Shown here one piece after another: positions 42,119 to 52,107 of a stretch of DNA of 64,000 nt (position 1 is its first letter; each line of letters starts with the position of its first letter). This DNA comes from Promethearchaeota archaeon (GTDB taxonomy: Archaea; Asgardarchaeota; Lokiarchaeia; Sigyniarchaeales; SOKP01). Made by a program: the position numbers and the translations under genes. Below the pieces are notes generated by a model that did no database searches, was not told the origin of the DNA, and worked only from the letters and a program-made list of their open reading frames with translations. The stretch covers positions 32,001 to 96,000 of the forward strand of contig JBHLNS010000001.1 of the NCBI GenBank assembly GCA_048941285.1. Direction: 5' to 3'.

Positions 42119-43177
42119 ATGTCAAAAGATAGCGATAAAAAGATTAAATATTGTGTCTTCTGTGGAGCTGATATTGCAGAAAGTAAGACTTATTGTCCTA
42201 ATTGTGGTAAATTAGTTATTAAGATTGAATCTGTGAAAAAAATATCCAAACCAAAATCAATCTCTAGGGTGGATATTTCAAGAAAGTGTCCTAAATGTGG
42301 TTCTATAATAACATCTAATATTTTAGATCAATGTCCTATATGCAATACAGAATTAGAAAAGATTTCTGAAATCAAAAAAACGATTGTCCAAAAGAAGCCT
42401 GGTTTAATTTTTACTAATAAAAAACTTGAACCTGAACAAAAATTTATTTTAAGGAAAGACACATGGAACCTAAAAGAAGGATTAAATGTTTTTGGAACCT
42501 GCTTTTATATATTAATGATTGCCTTTTTTTTACTAGCGACTTTTTCATACCAATTTGAATCAGCTCCGTTAAGTATTGAAGAAATTCTATTGACTCAAAT
42601 CCCTCTTTTACTCTTCGGCATATATCCAATATGGTATATTTATAGTAAAAAGCATAGCTTTACGAAATTAGGATTTCACTCTGAATCTAAAAAGATTGGT
42701 ATAGCAATTTTAATTGGTATTTTAGGTTCATTAATGTTGCTGCTATTTAACTTCTTTTCTGATTCAATAATTTATTTCATGTCAAATTTAGATCTAGATG
42801 TGTTTAATTTAACATCAGTTATTGAAGAATATAATCAACTCATTAGAAATTCTGATTTAACTTGGATTATACTTCTAATAATAACCTTATGTGCAAGAAC
42901 TTTATCAACAGAAATTGCATTTCGGGGTGTTTTACACAATACTTTAAAACAAAGATTTAAAAATAATTATATAGTCATTATCATCGTTGCTTTTGCTTAT
43001 TCTATTCTATTATTATTTTTTACAATTCCTTATGGAATTTACTATTTTATATTTAATTTTCTAGCATACATTGTACTTGGATTTCTATACGAGATCAATC
43101 AAAACATTTATAATACAATATTGGCTAGTGTTTTGTACAATATTACTTTAATTATCCTTACTTCTCTTGTATTTTAA
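42119..43177 (+). CDS. Zinc-ribbon + CPBP/Abi-family membrane protein (degenerate catalytic motifs)
   Basis: Four CxxC; multiple TM; STEIAFRG in place of EExxFRG; expected His residues appear as Tyr. Confidence 0.75.
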   Translation: MSKDSDKKIKYCVFCGADIAESKTYCPNCGKLVIKIESVKKISKPKSISRVDISRKCPKCGSIITSNILDQCPICNTELEKISEIKKTIVQKKPGLIFTNKKLEPEQKFILRKDTWNLKEGLNVFGTCFYILMIAFFLLATFSYQFESAPLSIEEILLTQIPLLLFGIYPIWYIYSKKHSFTKLGFHSESKKIGIAILIGILGSLMLLLFNFFSDSIIYFMSNLDLDVFNLTSVIEEYNQLIRNSDLTWIILLIITLCARTLSTEIAFRGVLHNTLKQRFKNNYIVIIIVAFAYSILLLFFTIPYGIYYFIFNFLAYIVLGFLYEINQNIYNTILASVLYNITLIILTSLVF

Positions 43178-43304
43178 CTTTTCATTACCCCCTCAATATA
43201 AAATTTAATAAAATATAGTAAATCAATAATCTCTAGATTTATTTTTTATTTTAACCATAGTTTTATTATTACGATTTAATCTAATAGGTTTGGAGTAAAA
43301 AATT

Positions 43305-44021
43305 TTGGGTAAACAAATTTATAGGAATAAGGGAAGTAAGGACAATATTATTATCTCTATCGCGGGAGTACACGGTGTTGGAAAAACTACAATTTTTAAT
43401 CTTCTTAAAAAAGATAAAAAAGTAAAAGAGAATAAAAAATTCAAATTTTTTCCTGAAAGGTATGTAAAAAAACCTCCTTTTCCTTTTGGTTCCTCGGATA
43501 AACAAATTGGTTTTAGGAGTGAACTTCACTTTCTTCAACAACTTATTAGACGAAATCAAAATATTGTAAATTTCGATAATAAATATAATGGTAGAATCAT
43601 AATTTTAGATAGAACTCCATTATGTGTTTTAATTTACTCTAAGAGTTTAAATTTAAAAGAGAAAGATTACAATCTTATTTTAGACACATATAATTCTATT
43701 GAATGGAAAGAGAATTATATTTTCTACTTACATGCTACACCAAATACAATTATGAAACGAATAGTTCAGAGGGGGTCCTTAGAAAAAATGAGAAGGGAAT
43801 GGAATGAAGACGATAAGGATTATTTGTTAAAAATCCTTTCATATTATAAACAATTCCTTTCAAGTAAAGAAGGAGTTTTTATTATCAATACAGAAGATTT
43901 AACTCCAGAAGCTGTTGTAATTGAAATGAAAGAACTTATAACCCAGTTATCAGGATATTCCTTCGACAAATTTGAACGATTATTATCAACTCAAATGAAT
44001 TTATTGAAATTTTTAAAATAA
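43305..44021 (+). CDS. P-loop deoxynucleoside/thymidylate kinase-like protein
   Basis: GVHGVGKTT, LDRT, YLHA..IMKRIVQRG; GGAG SD before TTG. Confidence 0.78.
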   Translation: MGKQIYRNKGSKDNIIISIAGVHGVGKTTIFNLLKKDKKVKENKKFKFFPERYVKKPPFPFGSSDKQIGFRSELHFLQQLIRRNQNIVNFDNKYNGRIIILDRTPLCVLIYSKSLNLKEKDYNLILDTYNSIEWKENYIFYLHATPNTIMKRIVQRGSLEKMRREWNEDDKDYLLKILSYYKQFLSSKEGVFIINTEDLTPEAVVIEMKELITQLSGYSFDKFERLLSTQMNLLKFLK

Positions 44022-44120
44022 ACTAATAATAAAATATATTAAAATAGGCTTTCTATTTATACTTAAATTTAAGCTAAAAAAACATATAGAATCTAAATTG
44101 CAGTAAGATAGGTAATATAA

Positions 44121-45104
44121 ATGTCTACAATTGCAGAAGATATCCGTAAGAATATGATGCTTGTTTTAAAAGAGGAAGAAGAAAAAACTGATTTAGAAAA
44201 TCTCGCGGTTTTATCTCGAGTAGGAATGAAAGTAGCAAGCTCTACATCTTCAGAATTAGATGCTGATGCTACTTCTGCCTCTAGTACTGCATTAATAGAT
44301 TTAGGATTAAGGTTGAACCAAGCAACAGTTCATGGAGCATTAACTGAAATTATTTTGCATAATACATCGGGATATAGTATTTTGATGGCTATTAACGACG
44401 AATATATTGTATTTGGAGGGCTTTCTCGAATTCATAGCATTGGTTATTATTTAGGATATTTAAGAGAATTAGCAAGAAAATTAAATAGGCTTATTTCAGG
44501 AGATCAGTTAACTGAGATGATGCTTTCACTTGAAGAATCTGAAATAGAAAAGATCAAACAACAAACCTTAGAAGAAGAGGTTAAACCAATAATAAAACCC
44601 ACTATTAATCAAGATAAAGCTGCTTTAGACGATTTATTAGGATTTTTAGATGAATGGGAAAAAGGAGATGAAGAATTTGAAGAACTTGAACCAACAACCG
44701 AGAGTGGCATTGTGTCTATTCCAAAATCAGTAGGATTAGGACTTGAAAAAGAAGTAAAAGCAGTAGCGGTAACTCCCACCTCACAACTTGCAGAAACTTT
44801 ATCTACTGAAACTAAATTTAAAGTATATGAAGATGAAATCCCCCCAATCCCCCTTAATGACTATACTCCCATGGAAATAGATGAAGAGCGAACACCCAAA
44901 GAGAAACCATCTGTTTCAAAAAAACCATTACCAACTGAAAAGCAACCAATACTTGAAGAATTACCTTCCTTTGAAGAATTAAAACCTCCAGATTTTGAAT
45001 CCGAAGTTTCTGCTTCTGAATATGATACTGAATTTGTTTTAGAAGAAGAATCAGAGGCTTTAGGGTCCGTACTTCGTGATCTTGGATGGGAAGAAGAAGA
45101 CTAA
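44121..45104 (+). CDS. Roadblock/LC7-domain protein with long acidic disordered tail
   Basis: LAVLSRVGMKVASS...SASSTALIDLG...EIILHNTSGYSILMAI; Glu/Pro-rich C-half. Confidence 0.75.
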   Translation: MSTIAEDIRKNMMLVLKEEEEKTDLENLAVLSRVGMKVASSTSSELDADATSASSTALIDLGLRLNQATVHGALTEIILHNTSGYSILMAINDEYIVFGGLSRIHSIGYYLGYLRELARKLNRLISGDQLTEMMLSLEESEIEKIKQQTLEEEVKPIIKPTINQDKAALDDLLGFLDEWEKGDEEFEELEPTTESGIVSIPKSVGLGLEKEVKAVAVTPTSQLAETLSTETKFKVYEDEIPPIPLNDYTPMEIDEERTPKEKPSVSKKPLPTEKQPILEELPSFEELKPPDFESEVSASEYDTEFVLEEESEALGSVLRDLGWEEED

Positions 45105-45238
45105 AATTTTTGATTTCTTAAATCCCTTCATTTACTAATTTGAATCAAAATTACTTAATTTTAATAAACTTTTAAATACTTTTGTCTCTAATATTTATCT
45201 AAAATTAAGATTGATTCAGATATCTTTAAGAATTTAGC

Positions 45239-46567
45239 ATGACTGATATTCAAATAGCCCAAAAAGAACCAACTAAATTGAAAAAATTTATACTTTTTGG
45301 GACCCCTAGACTTGGCACTAATATACTTTTAACAATTGTTGATTTTGCCTTATTAACGCTATATAGTACTGGTTTTGAATTACCTGCGTGGCAAACTTTC
45401 TTAGCTACTAGTTTAGGAAAACTTAGTATAGCACTCTCTCAGTTTCTTTTAGGTTGGCTGAGCGATGCTAAATATACTAAATGGGGAAGAAGAAAGCCAT
45501 ATATAGTAATATTAAGTCCATTGCTAGGAATATCATTTATATTATTACTTATCCCTAATCGTTTTTTACCAATTTCAAATCAAACAGCTTTGTTCACCTG
45601 GTTATTAGTTTGGGATTTAATTTTTCAAGCGAGTTATGGGATCACATCAGTTCATAGTTCTTGGATGGCTGAACAGTTTAATGTTGGTGATCGACCTAAA
45701 GCTTCACAGTTCATAAACCTATTTATTTATCTCGGTGCAGGTGTGGGTCAAATTTTTACTCTGTTAGTATTAACTGATTTTGCCTCTAAAATAGAATCAA
45801 ATCCAAGCTCAGTACCTACTGAGTTCTTACTTGGTGTCTTAATTTTTGGAATAATTACAATTCAATTATTTTATATTATTGCATTATTGATGCCAACAGA
45901 ACCATATTATAAAATAGAATCAAATCTAGTTAGTAATTTAAAAGCTATTGTGAAAAATAAAAATTATTTATCATTTAATTTTATGGAAGGGTTTGCTAGT
46001 ATTGCGTGGTCCATTGTGACTCCAACAATGTTAGCTTTTTTAACAGTTGTTCTAACTTTTAGAGGATTGCAATTTATAATTGGAGGTTCAATAATTATAT
46101 TTGGCGTTCTATTATTCTTGTACCTTTGGAGAAAAGTTATCGAAAAGCTAGGCAAGAAAAAGAGCTTGTTATACTTGTTTCTTTTTGCAATAATAGTCTT
46201 ACCTTTTACTTTAATAAGCATTATTCCTATGGAGTCATATTTAATATATGGAATTATATTTATAATTGGTGTAGTTGCCTCTATTGGAGGATGGAATCTA
46301 TTCCCTTATATAATTTATGCAGATCTTGCAGAAGATGATGAAAAATCTACTGGGGAGTTGAAAGCAGGTTTGTATCGAGGGTTTTCTAGTATAATTCTAA
46401 ATATATTTCAAGCATTAGGCTTACTTTTTTCATCGTTTATAAGTTTTATTATAGGGGATTACCTATTTTATATCTGGTGGGGCCCTATTTGCTCTCTAAT
46501 ATTAATTGGAGCTTATTTCTTTTCTAGAAAGTTTATTAAAATTGATTTTGATTGGGAGAAAAAATAA
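45239..46567 (+). CDS. MFS transporter, glycoside-pentoside-hexuronide-like
   Basis: GWLSDAKYTKWGRRKPY, ADLAEDDE...AGLY; about 11-12 TM segments. Confidence 0.88.
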   Translation: MTDIQIAQKEPTKLKKFILFGTPRLGTNILLTIVDFALLTLYSTGFELPAWQTFLATSLGKLSIALSQFLLGWLSDAKYTKWGRRKPYIVILSPLLGISFILLLIPNRFLPISNQTALFTWLLVWDLIFQASYGITSVHSSWMAEQFNVGDRPKASQFINLFIYLGAGVGQIFTLLVLTDFASKIESNPSSVPTEFLLGVLIFGIITIQLFYIIALLMPTEPYYKIESNLVSNLKAIVKNKNYLSFNFMEGFASIAWSIVTPTMLAFLTVVLTFRGLQFIIGGSIIIFGVLLFLYLWRKVIEKLGKKKSLLYLFLFAIIVLPFTLISIIPMESYLIYGIIFIIGVVASIGGWNLFPYIIYADLAEDDEKSTGELKAGLYRGFSSIILNIFQALGLLFSSFISFIIGDYLFYIWWGPICSLILIGAYFFSRKFIKIDFDWEKK

Positions 46568-46719
46568 CAGTAGAATGATTCAGATAATTCTTTTAATTTG
46601 ATTTATGTGCAATAATCAGAACATTTTATTAGTCTAAATATTTGGAATTTTTACACTCAATTAAATAATATAAAAATGAAAATTCACATTTTATATAAAT
46701 AACTCTAATTAATCTCTCC

Positions 46720-47784
46720 TTGAGTTTGGATAGAATGTCTCTTCAAGAATTAGGAATCTCCCATAAAAAGATTAAAAAGAAATACGTGGAATACTTTAAT
46801 TTTAGAGGTGAAATTAAAGATATTCCTTCTAAGATCGAGGAATTGTATCAAAAATACAATAATCTTGCTGGTAAATCAGTAATTGCTGTTATTGATTTTG
46901 GAGTATACAGTGAAGGCGGAAAGGATATAGATCTTTGCTTTAATCTTAGTGACCATAAGAGACTTAATGATCTGGAAATCAAGTATCTTAATGAAAGTGA
47001 AGTATTATCAATAACTCATTATGGTACAATAAACACTGTAAATGAAACACTCCAAGTAATTAGAAGTTATTTACAAGATCATTTAGTATCTGGAACTAGC
47101 ACCCTAAGGCTTGTTTTCCATAAATATAATAATGTGAACCTCGAAGAAAATCAAATTGAGATTCAATACCAATTACATAAATGGGATAATAGATTAGAAA
47201 AAAGTATAGATAAAGTTCTAGGTAAAAAAACTAGAAATGAAATTATGAAAGATAGAGAGATACTATTCGCCGTTAACTCTTCTGCTGAGCAAAGATTACA
47301 ATGGCTTAAAGATACATTAATCCGAATTGATAATATAGCAGATGATTATAAAAAATATGAAATTATTTCTAGATGTGCTCATGATTTTTCTCAAAAACGT
47401 ATTAACTATATGAAAAGCATTTATCAAAAAAAGAGAGATATTGATGATGTTATAGAAGAAATGAATAAAGATTATACTTGGTATGAAAAACTCAAACGAG
47501 AGGGTAATATTATATATGTGAGTAAGATCCCTGTAAATCCAGAAGAATATGAAAAAGCTGAAAACATAGAGGAAAAAAAGAAAAATTATTGTCATTGTCG
47601 ATTCATCAATAATAATTTAGATAAGGGCATTTCTCCAACTTTTTGTTATTGCGGTACTGGTTGGTATAGACAACAGTGGGAAGGGATACTTGAAAAACCA
47701 GTTCGAATAGAGATCCTAAAATCTCTTTTAAAAGGGGATGATTTTTGCCAAGTAGCAATCCATCTCCCTCTAGATGACAATTAA
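46720..47784 (+). CDS. GyrI-like effector-binding domain fused to a Cys-rich V4R/DUF6144-like domain
   Basis: ITHYGT GyrI-like motif; CAH, YCHC, FCYCGTGW, SLLKGDDFC. Confidence 0.65.
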   Translation: MSLDRMSLQELGISHKKIKKKYVEYFNFRGEIKDIPSKIEELYQKYNNLAGKSVIAVIDFGVYSEGGKDIDLCFNLSDHKRLNDLEIKYLNESEVLSITHYGTINTVNETLQVIRSYLQDHLVSGTSTLRLVFHKYNNVNLEENQIEIQYQLHKWDNRLEKSIDKVLGKKTRNEIMKDREILFAVNSSAEQRLQWLKDTLIRIDNIADDYKKYEIISRCAHDFSQKRINYMKSIYQKKRDIDDVIEEMNKDYTWYEKLKREGNIIYVSKIPVNPEEYEKAENIEEKKKNYCHCRFINNNLDKGISPTFCYCGTGWYRQQWEGILEKPVRIEILKSLLKGDDFCQVAIHLPLDDN

Positions 47785-47845
47785 ACCTAGATAATTATAA
47801 AATAAAAAGAGATAAAAAATATAAACATTATACACCAATCAAAAT

Positions 47846-48085
47846 CTAATATCGTCTATCTTTTGAAATAATTTTCACATTTAAAGCTTCAGGACCCTTT
47901 CCTTTATTTGAGTCTTTAATCTCAAACTCAACTTCATCTCCAATATCCAATTTTTTGAAACCAGTCATATCAATATTCGAAAAATGAACAAAAACATCTT
48001 CTTGATCTGCAACACTTATAAAACCAAATCCTTTTTTTGCATCAAACCACTTAACAAACCCTTGATTCTTCTTCTTTTTTGCCAT
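47846..48085 (-). CDS. Cold-shock domain protein
   Basis: [15 protein letters not shown] (RNP1), DVFVHFS (RNP2), KGPEALNV. Confidence 0.93.
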   Translation of the reverse strand: MAKKKKNQGFVKWFDAKKGFGFISVADQEDVFVHFSNIDMTGFKKLDIGDEVEFEIKDSNKGKGPEALNVKIISKDRRY

Positions 48086-48260
48086 GTATAACTCTCTTCT
48101 TTTTAATATAAAAATAAAAAAAATAAAACTTCTCTTGTTTTATTAACTGCAATATTATTAAAATTATATAAAAAAAGAAATTTTTATTTTAAAATTTTTT
48201 TAAACACCTTCTCTTCTTAGATAAAATCAATAAATAACAATATACTTAATTTATTTAAGT

Positions 48261-49619
48261 ATGATTTTCGATAAAGTTCTAGAAATATATCAGAAATATT
48301 ATATTTGCATTCATTGTCTTGGTAGAATGTTTTCTCTTTTAGGTACTAATACAACAAACTATGAAAGAGGTAGCTCTTTATTGCTATCGATCACGATGGA
48401 AAATCATAAAAATTATCTATCAGGAAATGAAGTTATTCAGAAAGAAGCAATTAATAATTTAAAATTATTAGCCAATAAGGCTTATTTTAAGCCAGCTCAA
48501 AAGGTTCTGGATAATGAAGGATTAGCAGAATTAAAAAACAATTCAAATCAAGAGTGTTATTTATGTCATGATATTTTTTCAAATATTAAAAATTATACTG
48601 CGAAACCAATCCAAATACTTAAAGAAATTGAATTTAATAGTTTTTTAATTGGATCAAAAATAGAGCCTCAAATCATTAACCAGGAAGATAAATTTAAATC
48701 TCAATTTAGCCTATTAGAAGCAGAATCTTTTAAAAGTCACTTTAATCGAGTATTAGGAAAACAATTAACTTTAATTTTAAATAAAAATCCTGAATTTTCA
48801 AATCCAGATGTATTAATGATATACTCCCTTGATTATGAAAATTATTCGATTGAGTTAATATTAAAATCCATCTTTATTTATGGGAAATATAATAAATTAA
48901 TAAGAGGAATCCCACAAACTCATTGGTTTTGCAAGAATTGCTCAGGAGCTGGATGTGAGCGTTGTAATTATACTGGAAAACAGTATGTGACAAGTGTTGA
49001 GGATCTAATAAGCCCAGAGTTTATTAATGAATCAAAGGCATCTGATTTGAAGTTCCATGGCGCTGGAAGAGAGGATATTGATGTAAGAATGCTAGGTTCT
49101 GGCAGACCATTTATTATCGAATTAAGAAATCCTAAAATTAGAAAATTAAACTTAGCTAATATACAAAAAAAAGTCAATAAAAACAATAAAAAGAAAGTAA
49201 GAATTTATAATTTAAAATATAGTAGCAAAAAGGAAGTAATAAGGCTTAAAAAGGAAGCTAAAAATACAAAAAAAGTATACAAAGCCATTATAAAATCTGA
49301 AAGTAAATTAAATAAAGAGGAATTTGACCAAAAAGTAATTCTTTTAAAACAAGTATTTGAAAACAAAAAAATACGTCAAAGAACACCTTACAGAGTATCT
49401 CATCGTCGATCTGATAAAGTGAGACAAAAATTAATTTATAATATTGAAGGAAAATTAATAAAACCAAAATTATATGAGTTCATGATAGAAACTCAGGGTG
49501 GAACTTATATAAAAGAGCTTATCAATGGTGATAATGGACGTACTTCACCATCTTTTTCGGAAATTTTTAATACTCCTTTAGAATGCAAAGAATTAGATGT
49601 TTTAGAAATTAATATTTAA
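48261..49619 (+). CDS. pus10: tRNA pseudouridine(54/55) synthase Pus10
   Basis: CIHCLGR, GIPQT, HGAGREDIDVRMLGSGRPF, QRTPYRVSHRR, GGTYIKELI. Confidence 0.95.
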   Translation: MIFDKVLEIYQKYYICIHCLGRMFSLLGTNTTNYERGSSLLLSITMENHKNYLSGNEVIQKEAINNLKLLANKAYFKPAQKVLDNEGLAELKNNSNQECYLCHDIFSNIKNYTAKPIQILKEIEFNSFLIGSKIEPQIINQEDKFKSQFSLLEAESFKSHFNRVLGKQLTLILNKNPEFSNPDVLMIYSLDYENYSIELILKSIFIYGKYNKLIRGIPQTHWFCKNCSGAGCERCNYTGKQYVTSVEDLISPEFINESKASDLKFHGAGREDIDVRMLGSGRPFIIELRNPKIRKLNLANIQKKVNKNNKKKVRIYNLKYSSKKEVIRLKKEAKNTKKVYKAIIKSESKLNKEEFDQKVILLKQVFENKKIRQRTPYRVSHRRSDKVRQKLIYNIEGKLIKPKLYEFMIETQGGTYIKELINGDNGRTSPSFSEIFNTPLECKELDVLEINI

Positions 49620-49731
49620 TAATATCTCTATTTAAATTAATTTAGCTAAAATCATAAAATAAATAAATTATAATGCATAATTCTACTAAATCAATTTATT
49701 ACTTTTATAATAATCTAAAAGGTGTGTTGCG

Positions 49732-50037
49732 ATAGTAAAACACCACGGTTATCGTAAGAAAACGAGACATAAGCACAGGAAAAATGTTCGTAAGAGAGGT
49801 TTAGGTTCAGTTGAGAAATATCTAATTGATTATGATACAAATGATAAAGTGGATATAATTACTGATTCTTCACATCATAAACGAGGAATGCCTCATTCCA
49901 GATATCATGGACGTACTGGAACAATAGTTGGTCAAAGAGGACGCTGTTATTTAGTTGAAGTGAAATTAGGAAATTCTAAGAAGACATTAATAATTGGAAA
50001 GGAGCATCTTAGATTGAATTCTGTTTCTATAAAATGA
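49732..50037 (+). CDS. rpl21e: 50S ribosomal protein L21e, probable ATA start
   Basis: In-frame (M)VKHHGYRKKTRHKHRK... upstream of GMPHSRYHGRTG; syntenic pus10-rpl21e-rpoF. Confidence 0.93.
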   Translation: MVKHHGYRKKTRHKHRKNVRKRGLGSVEKYLIDYDTNDKVDIITDSSHHKRGMPHSRYHGRTGTIVGQRGRCYLVEVKLGNSKKTLIIGKEHLRLNSVSIK

Positions 50038-50062
50038 AAAAGAAAAAAAGATATGATTTAGA

Positions 50063-50428
50063 ATGTCTGGCCGAAAAAAAGAAGAAAAAAGTGTTTCTAT
50101 TCCTGAAGTTAAGGAAATAATGGAAAATTTAAAAGATCAATTATTAGAAATTGATGCTGAAGAAGGAATGTCCCATTTTCAAGAAATTACTTATAATTAT
50201 GTGAATAAATTTGCGAAATATGATGCAAAAACTGCGAAAAAAGTAAAGAAATTATTAACCGACAGCTATGAAATTGAAGAAATTTATGCAATTAACATTA
50301 TTAACATTGATCCAAAAACAATTTTTGAGTTAAGAACGATGTTAGAAAAAAGCTTTACTGGTAAAACTTTAACAGATGACCAACTTTTAAAACTTCTCTC
50401 TCAGATTGAAGAACTAAAATCCTCTTGA
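50063..50428 (+). CDS. rpoF: RNA polymerase subunit Rpo4/F
   Basis: VSIPEVKEI, TYNYVNKFAK, IINIDPKT..ELR; conserved position after rpl21e. Confidence 0.85.
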   Translation: MSGRKKEEKSVSIPEVKEIMENLKDQLLEIDAEEGMSHFQEITYNYVNKFAKYDAKTAKKVKKLLTDSYEIEEIYAINIINIDPKTIFELRTMLEKSFTGKTLTDDQLLKLLSQIEELKSS

Positions 50429-50595
50429 ATTTAACAGTCTTAATTATGAAATGTTGATTGTTGGTTATTAGATCCGTTAAACTTATAAATTTAAATTATT
50501 TTAAATTCAATGAACAATCCCATCTAATTATGTAGTTTATCACAATGAAAATTTTGAAATGGTAATCGGAAAAGTTAAAAATAAAATATTCAGTA

Positions 50596-51240
50596 ATGAT
50601 GGAAAGAAGAGAGCGATACAGAGGTCCTCCACGCAGAAGAGATTATCGTGGTGGTCCGAAGAAGAAAAAGCAATTTATAAAAAAGTTTCGGGAAGTTATT
50701 ATCTTAGATATATTAATGCATGGGCATCCCGAAGAAGATAAACCTAGCTGGGCAAAGACCCCTATAGCTCAAGTCCTTACTTTTCCGGATTTCGTCCTTT
50801 ATGAGGTTAAGGTTAATAAAAATTCTAACATTGAAGTTCAAGAACATAAAACTTATGAAGAATTTTTGAACGAGGATAAATTAAGAGATGTCTTAAAAAA
50901 GATAGATTATGATGATTTAACAAATACTTCAAAAGCATTAATCCTGCCAATTCTTGAAAAAGAGGCAATGAAATATGAAGAAGAATTCATCAATTTCTTT
51001 AATAATTCTACATCTATTACTCCAAGAATGCATGCTTTAAAATTGTTACCAGGAATCGGGCAAAAACATATGTGGGAAATTCTTGAAGCAAGAGAGAGAC
51101 AGAAATTCGGAACATTTCAAGATATTGCCGATAGAACCAGTATTTCTAATCCTGCTAGATTAATTGCACAGAGAATAATAAAAGAACTTCAAAGAGACGT
51201 AAAGTATTATCTTTTTAGTAAGACTCAAAAATACGAATAA
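50596..51240 (+). CDS. DUF655 family RNA-binding HhH protein
   Basis: ILDIL..G, FFN, ITPRMHALKLLPGIGQK, RIIKEL..KY; conserved operon position. Confidence 0.88.
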   Translation: MMERRERYRGPPRRRDYRGGPKKKKQFIKKFREVIILDILMHGHPEEDKPSWAKTPIAQVLTFPDFVLYEVKVNKNSNIEVQEHKTYEEFLNEDKLRDVLKKIDYDDLTNTSKALILPILEKEAMKYEEEFINFFNNSTSITPRMHALKLLPGIGQKHMWEILEARERQKFGTFQDIADRTSISNPARLIAQRIIKELQRDVKYYLFSKTQKYE

Positions 51241-51245
51241 ACATT

Positions 51246-52085
51246 ATGAATAATAAAGAAGTACAACTAATTTTAAAGCAATTAAATATAAAACCTAGTA
51301 AAAAATTAGGTCAGAATTTTATAATTGATAGTAATACAATAAACAAGATTATCAATGTTTCTGAAATATCTCAGAATGATGTAATTTTAGAAATTGGACC
51401 TGGTTTAGGAGGGATAACCGGAGAATTAGTAAATATAGCAAAAAAAATATATGCTATCGAAATAGATCACCGGTTATACTCTTATTTGAATGATAAGTTC
51501 TCCGTATACAATAATGTAGAAATAATTCAAGGAGATATACTTAAAGTTGAAGTTCCTAACCATAATAAAGTTATTTCTAATATTCCTTATACTATTACGG
51601 GACCAATTATGGAGAAGATGTTTTTCAGAAGATTTTCAAATGTAGGAATATTAGTCATTGAGAAAAGTATTGCTGATCGAATAGTTTTATTAACAGATTA
51701 TAAAAATTTCTCAAGAATAAGTGTAAGTGTAAATACATTCATGAAACCTATTTTAAAATTAGATATTTCTAGGAATAGCTTTTATCCTATTCCCAAAATC
51801 GCATTATCTCTGATAAAACTTATTCCTAGGGATGATATTAATCATTCCTTCTTAGATAAGGAATTTACTGAATTTTTTTTGAGATTTATTAGTGGGATTA
51901 TGCCTTATAAGAATAGAAATATTGCTAATGCTATTGAACTATTTTTTAAGACTCAAAAAAATGTTCAATTTATAAAGGAAGATATTCTTATGATTTTACA
52001 GAATAACAATATTGATAATAAAAAAGTATTCACCTTTGATATTGATGATTACACTAAAATAAGTAAATTGTTTTATCTAGAATAA
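51246..52085 (+). CDS. rsmA: 16S rRNA m6,2A dimethyltransferase
   Basis: KKLGQNF, LEIGPGLG, IEID, SNIPYTIT. Confidence 0.93.
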   Translation: MNNKEVQLILKQLNIKPSKKLGQNFIIDSNTINKIINVSEISQNDVILEIGPGLGGITGELVNIAKKIYAIEIDHRLYSYLNDKFSVYNNVEIIQGDILKVEVPNHNKVISNIPYTITGPIMEKMFFRRFSNVGILVIEKSIADRIVLLTDYKNFSRISVSVNTFMKPILKLDISRNSFYPIPKIALSLIKLIPRDDINHSFLDKEFTEFFLRFISGIMPYKNRNIANAIELFFKTQKNVQFIKEDILMILQNNNIDNKKVFTFDIDDYTKISKLFYLE

Positions 52086-52107
52086 GAATTAAAAATTTGT
52101 AATAATT

